DNA of 64,000 nucleotides from Patescibacteria group bacterium (lineage in GTDB: Bacteria > Patescibacteriota > UBA1384 > 2-12-FULL-50-11). The notes beneath the pieces were generated by a model that saw nothing but the letters and a program-made list of their open reading frames with translations, made no database searches and had not been told where the DNA came from. The translations under genes were made by a program, and so were the position numbers. Shown here in pieces: positions 1 to 8,256 of this stretch. Within the stretch, counting starts at the first letter, position 1, and the number at the start of each line of letters is the position of its first letter. The stretch spans positions 2,780-66,779 of the forward strand of contig JALHMV010000001.1 in NCBI GenBank assembly GCA_022843855.1, written 5' to 3'.

Positions 1-625
1 TGACGACAAAAAAGCCGAAAAGGCAGATGCTGATAATCGCCCACCCCATCAGAATAGTTGGCAGTCGTCGGCCGAGAACCGCCAGAATCGTTCCTGATAG
101 ATAGGTTAAGATAATTAGTACAAGAGTTACTATATTGGGACCGGTACCCGGAAGCGGCTCCGTTACTGCTGCTTGAAAGCCAGACGATCCAACAGAAGCA
201 AATGATAGTACGCCGCCGAGAACGGTGAGCATTATAGCCAGCGCTGCTCGGGTGCGCGGCGCGACGAGCGTTGGCATCCCCTGAGCGCCCGCCCATTTAT
301 AGAACAAGGCCAACTGCCCCCGAGGATAGAAGACACCGTGACAGTCGGGACAGGACCAGACCTTGAGTCCGGTCGGGCCGGCTTCGTGGTCTGCCTGCTC
401 TAACAGCGTTTGATCAACTGGGCAGGAGAGTGCCATATGACGTAAGGAATAATTCGGTTGCGGAATATCCAGGTCGGCGACTGCCTCCGGCGACAAGCCT
501 TCATCACCGCGGGCGTCAAACCAGAAGCCGCTGCATTGCGAACACCGCCGCGCGTGGCGCGGCGAACCCTCTGCCATTCGAATCGTGACTGACTCGAAGC
601 CCCCCTCACACAACGGACAGAACAT
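1..625 (-). CDS. membrane protein with two N-terminal TFIIB-type zinc-ribbon modules (partial, runs off window start)
   Basis: Minus-strand frame is open from the ATG at 623-625 to the window edge. N-terminus reads MFCPLCEGGF...RRCSQCSGFWFD, and a second module reads CPVDQ...WSCPDCHGVFYP (CxxC..CxxC-like ribbons), followed by hydrophobic TM stretches. Start lies 3 nt after the miaA stop. The ORF track does not list it because there is no stop inside the window. Confidence 0.5.
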   Translation of the reverse strand, partial: MFCPLCEGGFESVTIRMAEGSPRHARRCSQCSGFWFDARGDEGLSPEAVADLDIPQPNYSLRHMALSCPVDQTLLEQADHEAGPTGLKVWSCPDCHGVFYPRGQLALFYKWAGAQGMPTLVAPRTRAALAIMLTVLGGVLSFASVGSSGFQAAVTEPLPGTGPNIVTLVLIILTYLSGTILAVLGRRLPTILMGWAIISICLFGFFVV

Positions 626-628
626 TAG

Positions 629-1405
629 CTAAACCGTATCAAATTCTGCCCCAGAGATAAAATTAGTAACACGATCGACCGCGTCAGCCGTACCCGTGAC
701 AAGTCGAGGAGAGTTGTGGTGACGCCACCATGTCAGCTGGCGACGAATATACTGTCGACTCGATTGCTGAAACTGAGTGATCGCCAGCTCACGATTCATC
801 TGCCGCGTTAGGTAGTAACTAGCAAACCGGTAATCCAGGCCGATCGATTGAAGCCACTTGTGAGTCACTCCAGCTTCCACCAAATGACTGACCTCCTTAA
901 TCAGCTCGTCGAATATCCGCTCAAAACGATCATCAGACCGTTGGTACAGTACCGTGCGATCAACGTCTGGCATAAGCACCAACGAGCGAAACCGAGCCAA
1001 CTCGGTCGTCTTGGCGTAACGACCGCCGCCTGGTTGGTAACCATCAAGTAAGGCGGTAGCGTATAACCCCGTGCCACCAGTAACGATCGGCAGGTGGCCG
1101 TGCGACCAGACCAACTCAAGCGCCTCTCGGGCCGTTTGTAACCAGTCGTACAGAGTGAAACGCTGCCCCGGCTCGGCGATATCAATAAGCAGCTGAGGCA
1201 CCCCATCGATTATCCGCGCCGGCTGGCCGTGCCATCGGGCGACAGCCCCTTCTTTATTGGTACCCACGTCCAGTCCCCGGTAGACTTGACGCGAGTCCGC
1301 CGAGAGAATGACGCCATTAAAGCGTCGACCTAGACTGCTTGCTAATGCAGTTTTTCCTGATCCAGTCGGGCCGACGATCGCGACGAGTAGATTATTCGGT
1401 ATCAT
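629..1405 (-). CDS. miaA: tRNA dimethylallyltransferase
   Basis: 258 aa with P-loop GPTGSGKT and the MiaA-typical ADSRQVYRGLDVGT / LPIVTGGTGLY blocks. Confidence 0.85.
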   Translation of the reverse strand: MIPNNLLVAIVGPTGSGKTALASSLGRRFNGVILSADSRQVYRGLDVGTNKEGAVARWHGQPARIIDGVPQLLIDIAEPGQRFTLYDWLQTAREALELVWSHGHLPIVTGGTGLYATALLDGYQPGGGRYAKTTELARFRSLVLMPDVDRTVLYQRSDDRFERIFDELIKEVSHLVEAGVTHKWLQSIGLDYRFASYYLTRQMNRELAITQFQQSSRQYIRRQLTWWRHHNSPRLVTGTADAVDRVTNFISGAEFDTV

Positions 1406-1424
1406 TTTGCTATTTTGAGCTCCG

Positions 1425-2150
1425 ATGCTAACCCTAAAGCGAGTTGCAAAGAAATTCTACCAGACCAGAGGCGACGTACCCGTCGTGCAAAACCTCTCAC
1501 TCAGCCTGAAGAAAGGAGAAGTCTACGGTTTCCTCGGACCAAACGGCGCCGGAAAAACAACGACAGTTAAGATGGTTGCTGGCCTTCTTTTCGCCGATGA
1601 GGGCAAGATTACGATCGGTAAGTACGCAGCCGGCTCGGTTGAGGCTCAAGCAGTAATCGGCTTTATGCCCGAGAACCCTCAGTTCTATCGTCACCTCAAG
1701 GCCGTGGAAGTTCTTCACTTTGTCGGGGAACTGTTCGGGCTCGATGCCCCAACAATTACACAACGTTCCGAGGAGCTTTTGCGGCAAGTCGGGCTCGAGA
1801 AAAGCGCCAATGAACCTGTTCGAACGTTCTCTAAAGGCATGCACCAACGGCTTGGATTTGCCGTGGCTCTGATGAACAATCCGGCTATCTTAGTACTCGA
1901 CGAACCGCTCGACGGCCTCGATCCGATCGGTCGTCTTGATTTCAAAAAACTTATCCTCAAAGCAAAAAGAGAAGGCCGGACGGTCTTCTTCAGCTCACAT
2001 ATTTTAAGCGATGTCGAAGAGCTCTGTGACCGAGTCGGTATTATTATTGCCGGACGTTTAGTGGCCGAAGATGCCCCAAAGAAGCTGGTCCGCGGACAGG
2101 CCAAAACATTGGAAGAATACTTCGTTAAACTGGCAAAACAACATGCGTGA
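1425..2150 (+). CDS. ABC transporter ATP-binding protein (ABC-2 type)
   Basis: Walker A GPNGAGKTT, signature-like FSKGMHQRL and Walker B LVLDEP; 241 aa. Confidence 0.85.
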   Translation: MLTLKRVAKKFYQTRGDVPVVQNLSLSLKKGEVYGFLGPNGAGKTTTVKMVAGLLFADEGKITIGKYAAGSVEAQAVIGFMPENPQFYRHLKAVEVLHFVGELFGLDAPTITQRSEELLRQVGLEKSANEPVRTFSKGMHQRLGFAVALMNNPAILVLDEPLDGLDPIGRLDFKKLILKAKREGRTVFFSSHILSDVEELCDRVGIIIAGRLVAEDAPKKLVRGQAKTLEEYFVKLAKQHA

Positions 2151-2907
2151 TACAGTCTTCGCGATCGCCCGAAACACATTTAAAGAAACGATCCGCGATC
2201 GAATTCTCTACTCACTTCTCGCGTTTGCTGTTCTTGCGATTGCCGGAAGCTGGCTCGCTGGATCTGTCTCACTCGGCCAGGAAACTCGCGTTATTCAAAA
2301 CTTTGGGCTCACAGCGATGCTCGTTTTTCTTCTCGTTATCACCATCTTTATCGGCACACAGCTGGTTTACCGAGAAGTTGAGCGCAAGACTATTTATATG
2401 GTTCTGACTAAACCAGTTAGCCGCGACGCCTTCTACTTAGGTAAGTTCCTCGGACTCGCACTCACTTTGACAGTCGTAACGGCTGTGATGGGAGCCGCGT
2501 TTCTTGGTCTCGTTGCCCTCAAGACCAACACAGTCAGTGCCATCCAGGTGGTTGCGATCGGTTTAATGCTGTTTGAGGCTTGGCTTCTCACGGCAGTCGG
2601 TATGCTCTTTAGCAGTTTTACCGCGCCGCTCTCCAGCGCGATCTACACTTTTTGCTTAGCGCTCATCGGTCACGCTAGCACAGTGCTGCTGGCTATCTCC
2701 GAAAAGAGCGCGCCGATCGTTGGGTCGATTATTCAGTTTGTGTATTACGTTTTTCCGAACCTGGAAAAGTTTAACCTCCGGAACGAAGTGGTTTTTGGCG
2801 CGCCGGTTGACTGGGTGTTTGTTGGATGGGGAGCGGCCTACGCCGTCGTATACACCGGCGCGTTGCTCCTCTTCGGCATCGCAATTATCCGTCGCCATGA
2901 GTTCTAG
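2143..2907 (+). CDS. ABC-2 family transporter permease
   Basis: ATG at 2143 overlaps the ABC ATPase stop (ATGCGTGA). About six hydrophobic helices. The listed ORF from 2071 is an upstream extension running through the ATPase gene. Confidence 0.7.
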   Translation: MRDTVFAIARNTFKETIRDRILYSLLAFAVLAIAGSWLAGSVSLGQETRVIQNFGLTAMLVFLLVITIFIGTQLVYREVERKTIYMVLTKPVSRDAFYLGKFLGLALTLTVVTAVMGAAFLGLVALKTNTVSAIQVVAIGLMLFEAWLLTAVGMLFSSFTAPLSSAIYTFCLALIGHASTVLLAISEKSAPIVGSIIQFVYYVFPNLEKFNLRNEVVFGAPVDWVFVGWGAAYAVVYTGALLLFGIAIIRRHEF

Positions 2908-3757
2908 GCCGTTCTTTCGTTCGCCAGGATACCTCGCGCTCATCGCTCTCGTGCTTGCATATGTTGTCCAAATCAACCTGGATGCACAACGTTTTTATTC
3001 GTCCTCCACTGCAAAAGTTGAGGTGTCGCTGAACTACTTCATCGAACCGCAGCCGCCTTCTCCAACCAACGCTCGACTGACAAGCTTTGGCGCGACGGAA
3101 TTCATGGCTGACTGGTATTGGCTCAAAATCATCCAGTACTACGGCGGCGGTGATCCGGGCGGTCAATATCGGAAGTTAGCTGAGATGTTTCACCTTGTCA
3201 CCGAACTTTCCCCGCGTTTTACCGCCGCCTATCAGACTGGTCTTCTCATTCTCCCGGGTGAAGGTTTTGTCGACGAAGCAATCGCATTGGGTAAAAAAGG
3301 ACAGGATCGCCTCCCGGAGCGCTGGGAGATGCCGTACTACACCGGGCTCGTGTATCATATCAGCAAGAAAGACTACGCCGCCGCTGCCGCTGAGTTTGAG
3401 CGGGCCGCTACCAAACAAGGCGCTCCCGCCATCACCAAGCTCTTTGCGGCAATCTACTACAAAGAAGCTAATTCGAGGCAGACCGCCTACCAGCTCTTTA
3501 AAACAATTTATGAGACCGGCGAAACCGAATTCGCCCGAGAGCGGGCGGCGAAGTATGTCGAGCACCTCAATATCTATTTCATGCTCGAGGACGCGACCAG
3601 GCGCTTTTACAGCGAGATCGGACGGTACCCGAAAAACGCGGACGAATTGCTCAGCGCTCGTTACGTTGAGTCAATTCCCCCTAGCCCGCTCAACCAAACC
3701 TTTCTCATCGACCCAGTGACCGGGACGATTAGCGAGACGAAGACCGGTTCAAGCTAA
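2897..3757 (+). CDS. hypothetical membrane-anchored protein with helical-repeat (TPR-like) region
   Basis: ATG at 2897 (MSSRPFF...) overlaps the permease stop. Has one N-terminal hydrophobic helix and repeated amphipathic helices (YYKEANSRQTAYQLF...). The listed ORF start at 2720 lies inside the permease gene. Confidence 0.45.
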   Translation: MSSRPFFRSPGYLALIALVLAYVVQINLDAQRFYSSSTAKVEVSLNYFIEPQPPSPTNARLTSFGATEFMADWYWLKIIQYYGGGDPGGQYRKLAEMFHLVTELSPRFTAAYQTGLLILPGEGFVDEAIALGKKGQDRLPERWEMPYYTGLVYHISKKDYAAAAAEFERAATKQGAPAITKLFAAIYYKEANSRQTAYQLFKTIYETGETEFARERAAKYVEHLNIYFMLEDATRRFYSEIGRYPKNADELLSARYVESIPPSPLNQTFLIDPVTGTISETKTGSS

Positions 3758-4706
3758 GGCCGAGCCCCTCGGCAACCTCAGCCAAGGCGGCTCCAAGTTT
3801 GATCGAATCGTGGTAGAGCGGCTTGGACTCGTTGACTAGGTCGTAGAGATAGACTTTCATTCCGCTGATCGCCGGTTGATCGGTCGTGATATTGCGAACC
3901 GAGCCTAGTTTCCCCTCATTTTTGGCAACGGTGAGAATTCTTTCGTTGACTAGAACCCCATCAAAACGTGTACCGTTGACGTATTGCCTGAGCGTTTCGA
4001 TGTGATCTTCGACGGAAAAACCCTCGGTCTCACCGCGTTCTGTTGAGGCGTTACAGATATATATCTTACGCGCTGACGACTCCTCAAATGCCGAACGAAT
4101 ATCGGGGATGAGGAAGCTGGGTACGACGCTGGTGTAAAAACTACCGGGTCCAACCAGGACGAGATCCGCCTCGCGAATGGCCGCGACCGCTGCCGGGTGG
4201 CCGGTGGCGTCGGGTGGTAAGAGGTTAACGCGCCGGATTTTGTAGCGATGCCCAAGGACCGAGATGTCCACCTGACCGAGCGCTGTCTGGCCGTTGCCCA
4301 GCTCAGCGGTCAGGTGGACGTTATCGAGCGTGGCGGGTATAACGCGCCCCTTGACGGCCAAAATCTTACTGCTGGCTTCGACTGCTGATTCAAAGTCCCC
4401 GGTAATATCCGAAAGAGCGAGGAGGAGCAGATTGCCGAGACTGTGACCGCTCAAGCCCCGCCCCTGCTTAAACCGGTACTGGAATAACCGTGTTGCCAGC
4501 TCTTCGTCTTTAGCGAGAGCGGTCAAACAGTTACGGATATCGCCGGGCGGGAGGATGCCGGTTTCACGGCGCAAACGGCCGGTTGACGCGCCGTTATCCG
4601 TCATCGTAACCACCGCAGTCAGCTCAGCGCGGTATTTCTTTAGGCCACGCAGAAGCATCGCGAGGCCGCTCCCTCCCCCGATGGCGACTATCTTTGGTGG
4701 CGTCAT
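3729..4706 (-). CDS. YvcK/CofD-like gluconeogenesis factor (UPF0052)
   Basis: IVAIGGGSGLAMLLRGLK...VVTMTDNGASTGRLRRE...PPGDIRNCL matches the YvcK family signature. Confidence 0.8.
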   Translation of the reverse strand: MTPPKIVAIGGGSGLAMLLRGLKKYRAELTAVVTMTDNGASTGRLRRETGILPPGDIRNCLTALAKDEELATRLFQYRFKQGRGLSGHSLGNLLLLALSDITGDFESAVEASSKILAVKGRVIPATLDNVHLTAELGNGQTALGQVDISVLGHRYKIRRVNLLPPDATGHPAAVAAIREADLVLVGPGSFYTSVVPSFLIPDIRSAFEESSARKIYICNASTERGETEGFSVEDHIETLRQYVNGTRFDGVLVNERILTVAKNEGKLGSVRNITTDQPAISGMKVYLYDLVNESKPLYHDSIKLGAALAEVAEGLGLSLNRSSSR

Positions 4707-5200
4707 GGGATGATCGGGTGCCGCGCTTCCTCCATCGGTTCAGCTGAACTCCAGGTCTGAACTGTAAAACTGCGTCGGCTGGCCGCATACTGATCGCCGG
4801 CGCCGGCTTTGACCAGGACAATCGGCGAACCAACCAGTTCAAAGTCGTTGATGAGAAAACGCCATCGGTAGACGCCAAGCTCGTCGGCCTCGGCCTGCCG
4901 CGTGAGATGAGTATCAAACTCTCCGGTCGGGCGTTGTAGCGCAAGATCAAGTTCGGCGAACGGCGCTGTTCGAATAGTGACAACCTGATACTGTCCGAGC
5001 AGAACGGTGTCTCGAGAGAGTTCGGTCTCGAGCTGTAAGGTGCCAGTCGTCTGCTCCCGGCCGCTGAATTCCGCCAGAACTGACTGACCGATCGCCACCG
5101 GGGTTTGTTGTCGAGCGACCTCCTCGTTCCAGGAAACACCGAAACCGGTGAGCGCCAGCAGTGCTGCGGTGAATACTGTGTTGCGAATCGACTTCGACAT
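4703..5200 (-). CDS. hypothetical secreted protein
   Basis: Probable start at internal Met MSKSIRNTVFTAALLALTGFGVS, which looks like a signal peptide. No recognisable family. Its stop overlaps the yvcK start. Confidence 0.4.
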   Translation of the reverse strand: MSKSIRNTVFTAALLALTGFGVSWNEEVARQQTPVAIGQSVLAEFSGREQTTGTLQLETELSRDTVLLGQYQVVTIRTAPFAELDLALQRPTGEFDTHLTRQAEADELGVYRWRFLINDFELVGSPIVLVKAGAGDQYAASRRSFTVQTWSSAEPMEEARHPIIP

Positions 5201-5285
5201 CTTTGTGTATTGTAGCAAAGCGTATCCGAGTGCCAATGCGTCCCGACTCTTTTCGCTGCCAAGATTTTGTGGTTATGCTGGTGAG

Positions 5286-6233
5286 ATGATGCAACCCGAC
5301 GTTCTTGTTATTGGCTCTGGCATGGCCGGTCTGAGCGCTGCTGTATATGCGGCGCGGTATAACCTCAAAACTTTGGTCATTGGTCATGAGTTTGGCGGCG
5401 CTACCTCAACCGCCTGGACGATCGAAAACTACCCCGGCTACTTGGCGATAGACGGTTACGATCTGATGGTTAAGGTTAAGGAACAGGCTGAAAAGATCGG
5501 CGCTGAGATCGTAACCGATAAAGTTGTGAGTCTTGAGAGGAACGGTGATTTCTTTTTAGCCCGAACGGAGGAAGGCCGGGAGATTGAGACAAAGGCGATT
5601 GTGCTGGCCTGTGGCGCCGCTCGAAAACTGCTCGACCTTCCTCGCGAGAAAGAATTCGCCGAAGGGAAAGGCGTCCACTATTGCACGACCTGCGATGGTC
5701 CGCTCTACAAAGAGAAGATCGTTGCCGTTGTCGGTGCCGGTGACTCGGCCGTCAAGGGTCTGAACCTTGCCATCCAGTACGCTCAAAAAATTTACTGGCT
5801 CATTCGCAGTGACAAGATTAAAGCCGAGCCGTTTAACTACGAGAAAATCAAGAAGTATTTCGGCAATAAGATCGAAATCCAGTACAATACGTCAATTAAA
5901 GAGCTTCGTGGCCAGCAACGTCTCGAATCGCTACTACTAAACGACGGTCGGGAGTTGGCGGTCGACGGCCTCTTTGTCGAGATCGGTTCGATACCTGAGG
6001 TCGGGCTGGCCCACGACGTTGGCGTCGAGCTCGACGAGCTCGGGTTCATTAAGGTTAATGCGATGATGGAGACCAACGTTCCCGGCATCTATGCTGCCGG
6101 CGACGTCACCAATTTCTTCGGCCACTTTAAGCAAGATATCACTGCCGCGGCGATGGGATCGGTTGCGGCTACAAGCGCTTTCAAGCACATTCAACATCGT
6201 CGGGAAGAATCACCAACCGCCGAATCGATATAG
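5286..6233 (+). CDS. trxB: thioredoxin-disulfide reductase
   Basis: FAD motif VLVIGSGMAGLSAAVYAAR, redox-active CTTCDG, NAD(P) motif VVGAGDSAVKG and C-terminal AAGDV. True start is likely MMQPD at 5286 rather than the listed 5148. Confidence 0.8.
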   Translation: MMQPDVLVIGSGMAGLSAAVYAARYNLKTLVIGHEFGGATSTAWTIENYPGYLAIDGYDLMVKVKEQAEKIGAEIVTDKVVSLERNGDFFLARTEEGREIETKAIVLACGAARKLLDLPREKEFAEGKGVHYCTTCDGPLYKEKIVAVVGAGDSAVKGLNLAIQYAQKIYWLIRSDKIKAEPFNYEKIKKYFGNKIEIQYNTSIKELRGQQRLESLLLNDGRELAVDGLFVEIGSIPEVGLAHDVGVELDELGFIKVNAMMETNVPGIYAAGDVTNFFGHFKQDITAAAMGSVAATSAFKHIQHRREESPTAESI

Positions 6234-6237
6234 ATAA

Positions 6238-6254
6238 GTGAGCCGAGTGGGGAT
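6238..6254. repeat. 17 bp direct repeat of the tRNA-Lys 3' end (gtgagccgagtggggat); second copy at 6376-6392
   Basis: The two copies are exactly identical, 139 bp apart, on the 3' side of the minus-strand tRNA-Lys. Confidence 0.8.
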
Positions 6255-6376
6255 TTACGTCGCTAAAGCGACTCCACTTCTCGCAAATTCCATTTGCTCG
6301 CAGTCGAACCCGCTCATTTCATTCGCTGTTCGCTCCCAGGACACGAAAAAGCACAGGCAGAACCTGTACTTTCTCG

Positions 6377-6448
6377 TGAGCCGAGTGGGGATCGAACCCA
6401 CGACACAGAGCTTAAAAGGCTCCTGCTCTACCACTGAGCTACCGGCCC
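6377..6448 (-). tRNA. tRNA-Lys (anticodon UUU)
   Basis: Reverse complement GGGCCGGTAGCTCAGTGGTAGAGCAGGAGCCTTTTAAGCTCTGTGTCGTGGGTTCGATCCCCACTCGGCTCA folds as a cloverleaf. D-stem GCTC/GAGC, anticodon loop CTTTTAA and T-loop GTGGGTTCGATCCCCAC are present. Confidence 0.8.
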
Positions 6449-6471
6449 ATGACTACTCAGAACTACTGGCT

Positions 6472-6501
6472 ATTTTACCCGAAAATCCGATCAGTACTCA
6501 A
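6472..6501 (-). promoter_or_regulatory. candidate sigma70-type promoter for tRNA-Lys
   Basis: On the minus strand: TTGAGT, an 18 nt spacer, then TAAAAT about 22 nt upstream of the tRNA 5' end. Confidence 0.3.
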
Positions 6502-6504
6502 TCA

Positions 6505-6780
6505 TCCCGATAGAAAAGACTTGATCGGTCAGTGAGGTCTTGGTACCATTAACGGGCTGCTGACGCCTGTGTCGGCAGAGGTATCGTATGCCACGGAGAC
6601 TCAGCGACTTCTTCGTCGATCCGGCCGCTCGGCCGTCTGTCACCGCTCAGACGGGAGGCTTGCGCCAACCGCCGCCGCGCACGACTCCGCGCAGAGGGAG
6701 GAAGCGCGTCAGAGCCGTTAACAACGGCAAGGTCTAGCTCTCATCCCCGGCCCGACGCAACATAACGCGTCGGGCCTTCA
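6505..6780 (+). ncRNA. candidate structured non-coding RNA (unclassified)
   Basis: A 280 nt interval with no ORF of 60 aa or more. It is locally GC-rich and carries many strong local hairpins (CTGCTGAC-N6-GTCGGCAG, CCGTCTG-N9-CAGACGG, GCCGTT-AAC-AACGGC). It ends with a terminal hairpin oriented for a plus-strand transcript. Confidence 0.2.
6749..6776. terminator. perfect 10 bp stem-loop GGCCCGACGC-aacataac-GCGTCGGGCC
   Basis: Followed on the plus strand by TTCACTTTAATT. It lies 10 nt downstream of the minus-strand cvpA-like stop, so it may act bidirectionally. Confidence 0.45.
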
Positions 6781-6786
6781 CTTTAA

Positions 6787-7317
6787 TTAGTAGTCGCTTC
6801 GGCTCTTGCCGATACCGCCGGTCGCGACCAACGCAATGAGCGGCGCAATAAACCACCAAGCCTCTTTGTCGATGAAGACGCGGGCGATCTTGGATGTCGT
6901 TGCAAATTGTTGCTGAGCGGCGGGGTCCATAAACGAGAAAATCGCCGTCAGGATCAGCGCTGAATTCAAAAAGCTAAAAATCGCTAACTCAAACGCCGAT
7001 AACGCACCTTTGCCGCTCGAGCCCTTCCCCATTCCGGAGCGCACCGAGACTAAAACGGTCGTCAGTAAGAATATTCCGGCTGAGACCGTAAAGGGTGAGG
7101 CATTCGCTTTAATAAATAACTGATCGCCGACCGCCTTGTCTCCCTGAAAAAACTGCTGCAGCGGTGCGCCCAAGACTTGCGCCATCACGATACCGGCGTA
7201 GATCGCCAAAAGCGTCACCACCACCTTATCGCGCTGTAAAACAAAGCTATACCCAATCGAGACGATGAAAAAAATCGCTAGAAAGAGGTCCCAACTTGGC
7301 ACGGCTTGTACTTGCAT
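6787..7317 (-). CDS. CvpA-like small membrane protein
   Basis: 176 aa with four predicted TM helices. Size and topology match the colicin V production protein family, but there is no diagnostic motif. Confidence 0.4.
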   Translation of the reverse strand: MQVQAVPSWDLFLAIFFIVSIGYSFVLQRDKVVVTLLAIYAGIVMAQVLGAPLQQFFQGDKAVGDQLFIKANASPFTVSAGIFLLTTVLVSVRSGMGKGSSGKGALSAFELAIFSFLNSALILTAIFSFMDPAAQQQFATTSKIARVFIDKEAWWFIAPLIALVATGGIGKSRSDY

Positions 7318-7361
7318 CCCCTCTTCAATACTTTGACCCCTGCCAGGTTGAGTGTCAAATC

Positions 7362-7967
7362 TTAGCCGAGCTTTTTCAGCCGTTCGTACAGCTCACGTTG
7401 CTCGCGAGAAAGACGCTTCGGGATCTCGATATGTAGGACGACGGTTAGGTCGCCACGCCCACGGCGCGTCTGTTGACCTTTGCCGCGGAAGCGAAAGGCG
7501 AGACCTTCCTGAGCGCCGGCTGGGATCTTCAGTTCGATCTCGTCACCAAAGTTAGTTTTAAACCTGACGGTATCACCAAGTACGGCTTGGGGGATGGAGA
7601 TAGAAAGTTGCACCTGGATTTGAGCAAAGGCCGATTCGAATAAGTCTTCAAAGATGGAGCCGAATCCACCGCCGCCAGATCCACCGAAGTTGACGTTAAA
7701 GCCACCAAAATCAAAACCACCGGCGCCAGCCCCTGGTTGAGCACCGCCAAAGCCGCCGCGCGCACCGGCGTGACCAAACTGGTCGTACTGGGCCCGCTTT
7801 TGCGGGTCGCTTAAAACTTGGTACGCCTCGTTGACTTCCTGAAACTTGGCCTTGTCACCGCCTTTGTCGGGATGCAGTTGATGAGCCTTCTCGCGGAAAG
7901 CTTTCTTAATGTCTCCTTCGCTGGCACCCTTGGAGACTCCCAGAATATCGTAGTAATCGCGTGGCAT
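7362..7967 (-). CDS. J-domain co-chaperone, short DnaJ/CbpA-like, lacking the zinc-finger domain
   Basis: J domain DYYDILGV...HPDK, a Gly/Phe-rich linker and a DnaJ C-terminal segment ([26 protein letters not shown]). There is no CxxCxGxG repeat. Only 201 aa. Confidence 0.75.
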   Translation of the reverse strand: MPRDYYDILGVSKGASEGDIKKAFREKAHQLHPDKGGDKAKFQEVNEAYQVLSDPQKRAQYDQFGHAGARGGFGGAQPGAGAGGFDFGGFNVNFGGSGGGGFGSIFEDLFESAFAQIQVQLSISIPQAVLGDTVRFKTNFGDEIELKIPAGAQEGLAFRFRGKGQQTRRGRGDLTVVLHIEIPKRLSREQRELYERLKKLG

Positions 7968-8025
7968 ATCGAAAGATATTTTACCCGAAAAATGTCAAGT
8001 TTGCTTTACGTGCTACAATGTTTTT

Positions 8026-8256
8026 ATGAACGAAGTACGAGAAGTAAATATAAATGTTCCAAAGAAAGCGATTGTTATTAATAAGTATGCCGAAAACGGC
8101 GGCGGCTGGATTTGGTGCTTAGGTTTTATCGGCGCAATTATTTATTACTGGCAGACCGCCAGCGGTTTTGGCGAATACTTTTTTGGATTTCTAAAAGCAC
8201 TCGTCTGGCCAGCCTATATGGTATACGACCTGTTTAAGTTTCTGGGCGTTAACTAA
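8026..8256 (+). CDS. small hypothetical membrane protein (76 aa)
   Basis: Two hydrophobic helices. AT-rich. The -10-like TACAAT sits just upstream of the ATG. Confidence 0.35.
   Translation: MNEVREVNINVPKKAIVINKYAENGGGWIWCLGFIGAIIYYWQTASGFGEYFFGFLKALVWPAYMVYDLFKFLGVN

Noticed and set aside
400-609. Listed 69 aa minus-strand ORF (MRGASSQSRFEW...)
   Set aside because: Arg/Ala-rich wrong-frame overlap of the in-frame zinc-ribbon membrane gene (1..625).
2720-2896. N-terminal 59 aa of the listed ORF 2720..3757
   Set aside because: It lies inside the ABC-2 permease gene in another frame. The start was moved to ATG 2897.
6238-6513. Listed 91 aa plus-strand ORF
   Set aside because: It runs straight through tRNA-Lys and the repeat copies. 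It is a tRNA and intergenic region, not coding.
6588-6737. 49 aa ORF with AGAGG RBS inside the structured interval
   Set aside because: Its Arg/Pro-rich low-complexity product is typical of GC-rich non-coding frames. Not called as a CDS, but mentioned as the alternative reading.
6449-6786. Tested whether the structured interval is tmRNA, RNase P RNA, SRP RNA or 6S RNA
   Set aside because: None of the hallmark motifs was found on either strand: tRNA-like GGTTCGA...CCA end with a resume-codon tag for tmRNA, AGGAAAGTCCGGGCTCC for RNase P, or GGAAGGAAGCAGCC domain IV for SRP. Left as an unclassified ncRNA candidate.
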